A DNA stretch of 29,844 bases, from IMG/VR virus record IMGVR_UViG_3300033485_000063, positions 1 to 29,844 of that record. One strand, given 5' to 3'. The number at the start of each line of letters is the position of its first letter. The stretch's first letter is position 1. The notes beneath the pieces are model-generated. The model saw only the letters and a list, made by a program, of their open reading frames with translations, did no database searches and was not told the origin of the DNA. The position numbers and the translations under genes are program-made. Shown piece by piece: positions 24,871 through 29,844 of this stretch. The stretch comes from a virus (lineage: Duplodnaviria > Caudoviricetes).

Positions 24871-27717
24871 ATGGCGATCTCCGTCGTACAGAAGACGCCG
24901 AACTCGGCGACGCTCGCTGGAGGAAACAACAGCGGCGATCTTGCGTCGGCGTTTCCGTCGAATGTGACGGCGGGGAACTGCATCATTGTCATGGGGTCGA
25001 GCAGTCGCGGGTCCGCGCCTTCCATCTCCGACAATCGGGGGAACACCTACGTCTCCGTCGGGTGGGCGAACAAGTCCGCAGGCGGGGCGACGTGGGATGC
25101 GTGGTACTGCGCGAGCGCGATCGGTGGGGCGACGACGATCACGCTCTCGGCAACAGGTACGGGGGACACGTACCTCGGCGCGGTTGAGGTGTCTGGGCTT
25201 TGCAAGCGGTATCCGCTCGACAGCCATAACTCCACGACGACGAGCGGGCTGACCTCGCCGTCGATCACGACCATCTCCGCGAGCAGCATCGTGTTTGGCT
25301 TCGCGTTCGCCGGCAACGGATCGGCTGCTCCGACCGTCGGGAACATCGACGGGTCCGCCGCGACCGCCATCGGAGTGACGAACAACGGAGGGGACAATCC
25401 GGGGTGGGAGTACCGCATCCTGTCGAGCACGGCGACGACGACCGCCGCGTTCGCGACCGGCGGCGGAACGATGTACACGCAGATCGCCGTCTTCCGGCCG
25501 GAGATGCTCGCCCCCGCTCATGTTCAGGATCAGATCGGGTATACGTCGGGAAGCGGAGCGACCGTCGTGTCAGCGTCCGGGACGTTCATGCCGGGAAGCC
25601 TCATCGTCGTGTGCGTCGGATGGCTGAACGCGAGCGCCGCGACGGTCAGCAGCATCGCGCAGTCCTCCGGGTCGAATACATGGGTTCAGGTACACGCGCC
25701 TCGGGCATACGGAGGATACAACGCGAGCGACGTCTGGTACGCCTACAACGCGACCGGATTCACCGGGACGATCACGGTCACGCTTTCAAGTTCCTCGGCG
25801 ACGTACAAGAGCCTCGTCGTGTCGGAGTACACGGGGTTCACGAGTCCTGCCGATCCGCTCGATACGCATCAGGACGCCGGGGAGTGGGCGACGACCGTCA
25901 ACACCGGAGCCACCGGGAACATCACGACGTGGAACGGACCGGGAGTCGTCATCGGCTTTGTCAAGTTTGCAGCATCGCCCACGGTATCAGCGCGGACGAT
26001 CAATGGCGGCGCGGTGGACGGATACGTCGCCGTCACGCAGGGAGAACTGACGTACAAGGTCATGACGGGAACGATGACGGGCGAGGCATCGTGGACCGTA
26101 AACTCAGCGAGCGATTCGACGGTCTGGATCGTGTCATTCAAGAGCCATCCGCGCTTCACGGCGACGGACACCCTGTCGCTCGCGTCTGATCTGGAAGTCA
26201 CAGGCACGACCCCTCCGGGGATGGAGTACGTCCAGTCGAAGGGACTCGCGTCGGCGGGAAGTTCCGGGACGATCGCGCAGACGCTCGACAGCGACGTCCT
26301 GTCGGGAAGCCTGCTCGTCGTCGTGGCGTCGTGCGTCGACGCCTCGGGGACGATCACCGCGACGTGCGCGGACTCCCTCGGGTCATCGTACACGCTCGGC
26401 GTCGGTCCCACGCGGAACGCGGACCTGAACGGGACGGGGTATGCTCAGTGGATTTTCTACAAGGCGTCCTCACCGTCGGGTGCGAACACGGTGACGGTGA
26501 CGTTCAGTACGTCGACGACGGATAGGCGCATCGACATCTTGGAGTATTCGGGGGTCGCGCTGTCGTCGCCTGTCACGGGTACTCCGGTCGGGGCGACGGG
26601 AACGACTGGAGCACCGAACAGCGGCAACACTACGACGACCGTCGATGATGCGCTGATCGTCGGCGGCGGGCTGCATGACGGAGGGAACCTGACGGCGGGC
26701 GCGACCTTCACGCAGCGCGTCCGGGCTGACGGGTATGACTGCACGGAGGACAAGATCGTGTCGTCGGCGGGAGCATACGCCGCGACGTTCTCGACCGGGA
26801 CAAGCGACTGGATCGCGCAGGTCATCGCGTTCCGGTCGTCGCTGACGGGCGTCTACTTCTCCGTGACCGAGACTCTCTCTGTGGCATTCACCCTGTCGAC
26901 CCCGAAGGTCGGGAGCAATCTGTTCAGCAGCAGCGACGCGCTGGCGCTGGCGGACTCCCTCACGGTGAACGCGAACTCGCAGATCGTGCAGGTGTCGGTG
27001 TTGGAATCGCTCACCGTGGGCGAGATCGGATACCTGTCGGGGGACACCATCACCGTGCTGCCGTCGGACGGGCTACTGCTCGATGACTCGTTTACGTTGT
27101 TCATCGACGGGCGGAGCGTGGAGACGGCGGAGTCGCTGTCGCTCGCTGACTCGGCGACGATCGCGTTCAACCAGTCGGGGCTGTCGTTCTCCGAGTCGGC
27201 GGACTTCGCGGACTCCGTGGCGATCAAGCCCTCCGGGATAAAGTTCAGCGTCTACCATGACGCCGTGCTCGGCGACGCGCTGACGGTGCTCCGTCCGGTG
27301 CTGACGTTCGAGGGATCGGACTCCATCGCGCTGTCCGATTCAATGCAGAAGGCGAGCGGCACGATCACGCTGTCCTTCACCGAGACATTGAGTCTGGCGG
27401 ACAGCGATACGGTGTCGCCGAGCGGCGCGGTCCGGTTCTCCGTGACCGACATCGCGTCGTTCACGGACGCCGTGCAGAGGGCGACGACGAAGCAGGTGAA
27501 CACGCTGTACTGCTTCTCGTCGCTGACGGGCAGTTCGGCATCGCTCGACTCGCTTGACGGCGACGCCCTGACGGACGGCGACAGGGCGTGGGTCATCGCG
27601 TCGAACGTGTCGTACTGGTACTATCTTGACGAGGACTCCGGGGCAACGGAATCATCCCCGTCGATCATCGCTCCGAACACGAACGCTGGAGCGAAGCGGT
27701 GGCGCAGATGTACGTGA
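24871..27717 (+). CDS. Ser/Thr/Gly-rich modular fibre or adhesin-like virion protein (948 aa)
   Basis: Three ~200-aa beta domains (start xVQ, end F[RK]), then [DE]xLxLxD spacer repeats and a C-terminal domain shared with 24620..24856. Confidence 0.75.
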   Translation: MAISVVQKTPNSATLAGGNNSGDLASAFPSNVTAGNCIIVMGSSSRGSAPSISDNRGNTYVSVGWANKSAGGATWDAWYCASAIGGATTITLSATGTGDTYLGAVEVSGLCKRYPLDSHNSTTTSGLTSPSITTISASSIVFGFAFAGNGSAAPTVGNIDGSAATAIGVTNNGGDNPGWEYRILSSTATTTAAFATGGGTMYTQIAVFRPEMLAPAHVQDQIGYTSGSGATVVSASGTFMPGSLIVVCVGWLNASAATVSSIAQSSGSNTWVQVHAPRAYGGYNASDVWYAYNATGFTGTITVTLSSSSATYKSLVVSEYTGFTSPADPLDTHQDAGEWATTVNTGATGNITTWNGPGVVIGFVKFAASPTVSARTINGGAVDGYVAVTQGELTYKVMTGTMTGEASWTVNSASDSTVWIVSFKSHPRFTATDTLSLASDLEVTGTTPPGMEYVQSKGLASAGSSGTIAQTLDSDVLSGSLLVVVASCVDASGTITATCADSLGSSYTLGVGPTRNADLNGTGYAQWIFYKASSPSGANTVTVTFSTSTTDRRIDILEYSGVALSSPVTGTPVGATGTTGAPNSGNTTTTVDDALIVGGGLHDGGNLTAGATFTQRVRADGYDCTEDKIVSSAGAYAATFSTGTSDWIAQVIAFRSSLTGVYFSVTETLSVAFTLSTPKVGSNLFSSSDALALADSLTVNANSQIVQVSVLESLTVGEIGYLSGDTITVLPSDGLLLDDSFTLFIDGRSVETAESLSLADSATIAFNQSGLSFSESADFADSVAIKPSGIKFSVYHDAVLGDALTVLRPVLTFEGSDSIALSDSMQKASGTITLSFTETLSLADSDTVSPSGAVRFSVTDIASFTDAVQRATTKQVNTLYCFSSLTGSSASLDSLDGDALTDGDRAWVIASNVSYWYYLDEDSGATESSPSIIAPNTNAGAKRWRRCT

Positions 27718-27757
27718 TGTCGGCAGTCAACACCTAAACGGACAGGAGGAATCGGAC

Positions 27758-28267
27758 ATGGCAAGAAAAACTGCGGGAAGGAAGAAGGCGGTCGGCTGGA
27801 AGGACTCCATGCGGATCAAGGGATTCTGCCGCGTCGGTGTCTACGAGTACGGACCGAACGGCGAGCCGAACTACAAACTCGTCAGCGATTCGGGATTCGT
27901 CCCGAACCAGAAGACGAACGTCGGCTTCATGAACTACCTGAACTACGTCCTCGGCGCGAGCGCGGGCTCCCTGCTCGTGTCGTCGGCGGCGGTCGGGACC
28001 GGGGGCACGCCCGCGAGCAACGCGACGTCGCTGACCGGCGAGTCGATGGTGCGGCGTCCGACCACGTACTCCGCGCCCGCGTCGACGCAGGTGCAGTGGA
28101 TCGCGTCGTGGGACTCCTCGCTCTGCACGGGTTCGTTCACCGTGGGGAACGCGGGGCTGTTCAACTCGTCCTCGGGCGGGTCGCTGGCGTGGGGCATCAG
28201 CACCCCCGGTCAGACGTGGAACACGAACCAGTCGCTCGCGTTGACCTACCTGCTCAACCTGTCGTAA
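27758..28267 (+). CDS. Putative fibre-associated/collar-like structural protein (169 aa)
   Basis: AGGAGG RBS before ATG 27758; N..TN.G, AVGTG.T....T.L..E, AGLFNSSSGG.L pattern I associate with phage fibre-anchor proteins. Confidence 0.65.
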   Translation: MARKTAGRKKAVGWKDSMRIKGFCRVGVYEYGPNGEPNYKLVSDSGFVPNQKTNVGFMNYLNYVLGASAGSLLVSSAAVGTGGTPASNATSLTGESMVRRPTTYSAPASTQVQWIASWDSSLCTGSFTVGNAGLFNSSSGGSLAWGISTPGQTWNTNQSLALTYLLNLS

Positions 28268-28301
28268 GGGGCGAGCAGTACAAACACCCGAAGGAGGAAC
28301 G

Positions 28302-28943
28302 ATGGAAGCGCTGGAGAGAGTAATCGCGGACAACTTCCACGCGATGTACTACTACTCGCCGCACACTTGGAACGGCGGCGTGACGCGGTGGAAGGGAATA
28401 CCGGTCCTCGGCAATCCGCTCGATATGTGGATGCTGCAACAGACCATAGTCGAGACCAAACCCGACGTCATCGTCGAGACGGGGTCGGCTTGCGGAGGAT
28501 CGGCGCTTTTCTACACGGACGTGCTGCCGAAGGTTCGGATCATCTCGATCGACATCCAGACCGAGATGCAGCCGATGATCGAGCATCCGCGCATCACGTT
28601 CGTGAAGGCGATGTCCACGGACAAGAAGACGATCGCGATGGTGGGGAAGGAGTCGAGGGGGAAGCGGGTCATGGTCATCCTCGACTCCGACCACACGACG
28701 GCGAACGTGCTGGCGGAACTGAAGGCGTATGCGCCGATGGTGACGCGGGGCTGCTACCTGATCGTGCAGGACACGAATATCGACTGCTCGCCCGTGAACC
28801 ATCCGCAGTTCAAGGACAACGGACCGACGAAGGCGGTCAATATCTTCATGCAGGGGAACAAGGACTTCGAGGTCGACCACTACAAGGAGGAGGGGTTCTA
28901 TATGACGTTCTATCCGGGCGGATGGCTGAGGTGCATCCGATGA
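28302..28943 (+). CDS. CmcI-family (cephalosporin hydroxylase / rhamnosyl O-methyltransferase-like) protein
   Basis: WKGIP...P.DMW..Q, KPDVIVETGSACGGSALF, VMVILDSDH, LAELKAYAPMVT.GCYLIVQDT, GP..AV, TFYPGGWL. Confidence 0.9.
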   Translation: MEALERVIADNFHAMYYYSPHTWNGGVTRWKGIPVLGNPLDMWMLQQTIVETKPDVIVETGSACGGSALFYTDVLPKVRIISIDIQTEMQPMIEHPRITFVKAMSTDKKTIAMVGKESRGKRVMVILDSDHTTANVLAELKAYAPMVTRGCYLIVQDTNIDCSPVNHPQFKDNGPTKAVNIFMQGNKDFEVDHYKEEGFYMTFYPGGWLRCIR

Positions 28944-29368
28944 AAAACGACATGGGGCTGCTGATCCACATCGGAGAAGGGGAGGCGCCGAAGGGGTTCA
29001 CGCACTGTGAGTTCGACCTCGAGCGGTTCCCGTATCCGCTGCGCCCGGACTCCGTCCACATCTGCCTGCTGCCGCACGCGCTGGAGCACGTGAAGCCGTG
29101 GCTGATCTTCAAGGCGTTCAATGAACTGTGGCGCGTCATCAAACCGGAGGGGCAACTCGCGATCGCGACGGCGTATGCGGGGTCGCCCGCGTGGTGGGGC
29201 GATCCGTCGCATTGTACCGGCTTCAACGAGCGGTCATTCTTTTATCTCACGCCGTCGCATGCGGCATTCGACGCGAAGAAGTCGAAGCCGTGGGCGATCG
29301 AGAAGGGGAACCCCGTGTATCAGGTGAACGGAAACATCGAGTGCGTCCTACGGCCGGTGAAGTCATGA
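28940..29368 (+). CDS. Methyltransferase-like protein (type 11-like, degenerate motif I)
   Basis: ATGA overlap; DLERFPYPLRPDSV, HALEH, NELWRVIKPEG, DPSH..GFNERSF. Confidence 0.75.
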   Translation: MKNDMGLLIHIGEGEAPKGFTHCEFDLERFPYPLRPDSVHICLLPHALEHVKPWLIFKAFNELWRVIKPEGQLAIATAYAGSPAWWGDPSHCTGFNERSFFYLTPSHAAFDAKKSKPWAIEKGNPVYQVNGNIECVLRPVKS

Positions 29369-29844
29369 AGAGAATCCAACCGAAGCCATACAATCTGCGG
29401 GGCGGCAAGGTGGTACTCACGGAGAAGGCTGACGTGTCCCATCGGATCGTGAGATCCGCCAAGTCGTACAGGAACCGACTGATGGTCGCGGTCGGCATGA
29501 CGGGACTCATCCGGGCGGAGTGGGCGATGGCGCGGTGGGGGCAGACCATCCCGTGCAACTTCCAAGTCATCGACTACGCGATGTGGATGGAGCAGTTCAC
29601 GCCGCTCGGGTTCCTCGTCGCGGACGCCCGGAACCTCGCGGTGCAGGAGTTCCTCGGCAAGAGCGCGGAGTGGCTCGTGTTCATCGATCACGACACGATC
29701 ATCCCGCCCGACTTCTACATCAAGTTCAACGAGCGGATCATCCACGAGCGCGTCCCCGTGTGGAGCGGGCTGTACTTCACGAAGTCCGTGCCGAGCGAGC
29801 CGCTGGTCTATCGCGGGCGCGGGACGGGGTACTACGCCGACTGG
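29365..29844 (+). CDS. GT2-like glycosyltransferase, runs off the window end (not in the ORF track)
   Basis: ATGA overlap; open for 160 codons: VADARNLAVQEFL...AEWLVFIDHDTIIPPD (DxD motif), VWSGLYFTK. Confidence 0.82.
   Translation, partial: MKRIQPKPYNLRGGKVVLTEKADVSHRIVRSAKSYRNRLMVAVGMTGLIRAEWAMARWGQTIPCNFQVIDYAMWMEQFTPLGFLVADARNLAVQEFLGKSAEWLVFIDHDTIIPPDFYIKFNERIIHERVPVWSGLYFTKSVPSEPLVYRGRGTGYYADW

Noticed and set aside
305-26189. Alternative-frame + strand ORFs (e.g. 305..895, 3808..4518, 4991..5842, 20928..21767, 25404..26189)
   Set aside because: Arg/Gly-rich off-frame products expected from high GC3, nested inside well-supported genes.
23490-27717. Diversity-generating retroelement targeting the fibres
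   Set aside because: No reverse transcriptase and no near-identical repeat pair differing only at adenines in this window. The 24620/27500 duplication is diverged at all base types.
27718-28301. Similar A/C-rich leaders (GCAGTCAACACC...AGGAGGAA and GCAGTACAAACACC...AGGAGGAA)
   Set aside because: Short, gapped similarity that unstructured ribosome-loading leaders would explain; not enough to call a motif.
28302-28943. Antibiotic biosynthesis or resistance role implied by the 'cephalosporin hydroxylase' family name
   Set aside because: The family has a methyltransferase fold and there is no beta-lactam pathway context; the neighbours are a GT and another methyltransferase.
186-29745. Many long minus-strand ORFs (e.g. 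186..2015, 4479..6722, 13453..15660, 16120..17664)
   Set aside because: They are antisense shadows of GC-rich + strand genes, Arg/Pro/His-rich with no recognisable motifs, and the + strand is already fully tiled.
1-29844. Gene transfer agent or contractile tail system
   Set aside because: No sheath or baseplate wedge genes, and the very long tape measure and many accessory genes fit a genuine siphophage. Prophage versus free phage cannot be decided from this window.

Overview
This GC-rich window is one uninterrupted + strand morphogenesis operon of a long-tailed (siphovirus-type, HK97/lambda-like) phage or prophage. It runs: terminase small and large, portal, prohead protease, major capsid, four putative head accessory proteins (two paralogous pairs), neck genes, tail tube, frameshifted tail chaperones, a 2216-aa tape measure, tail tip and fibre genes. 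The standout feature is that four SAM-dependent methyltransferase-like genes (one clearly CmcI-family) and two GT-A glycosyltransferase-like genes sit inside the structural operon, several of them translationally coupled to neck and tail genes. This suggests a phage-encoded virion glycosylation plus O-methylation system. Other signals: twin hairpins with an identical 17-nt core and different stems upstream of the capsid gene, a -1 slippery site with a long hairpin, a stand-alone copy of a fibre C-terminal domain, 32-aa repeat expansions in the tape measure, and apparent avoidance of AGCT and CCWGG. I saw no integrase, lysis, replication, tRNA, CRISPR or reverse transcriptase genes. All family calls are by-eye motif recognition, not database searches.
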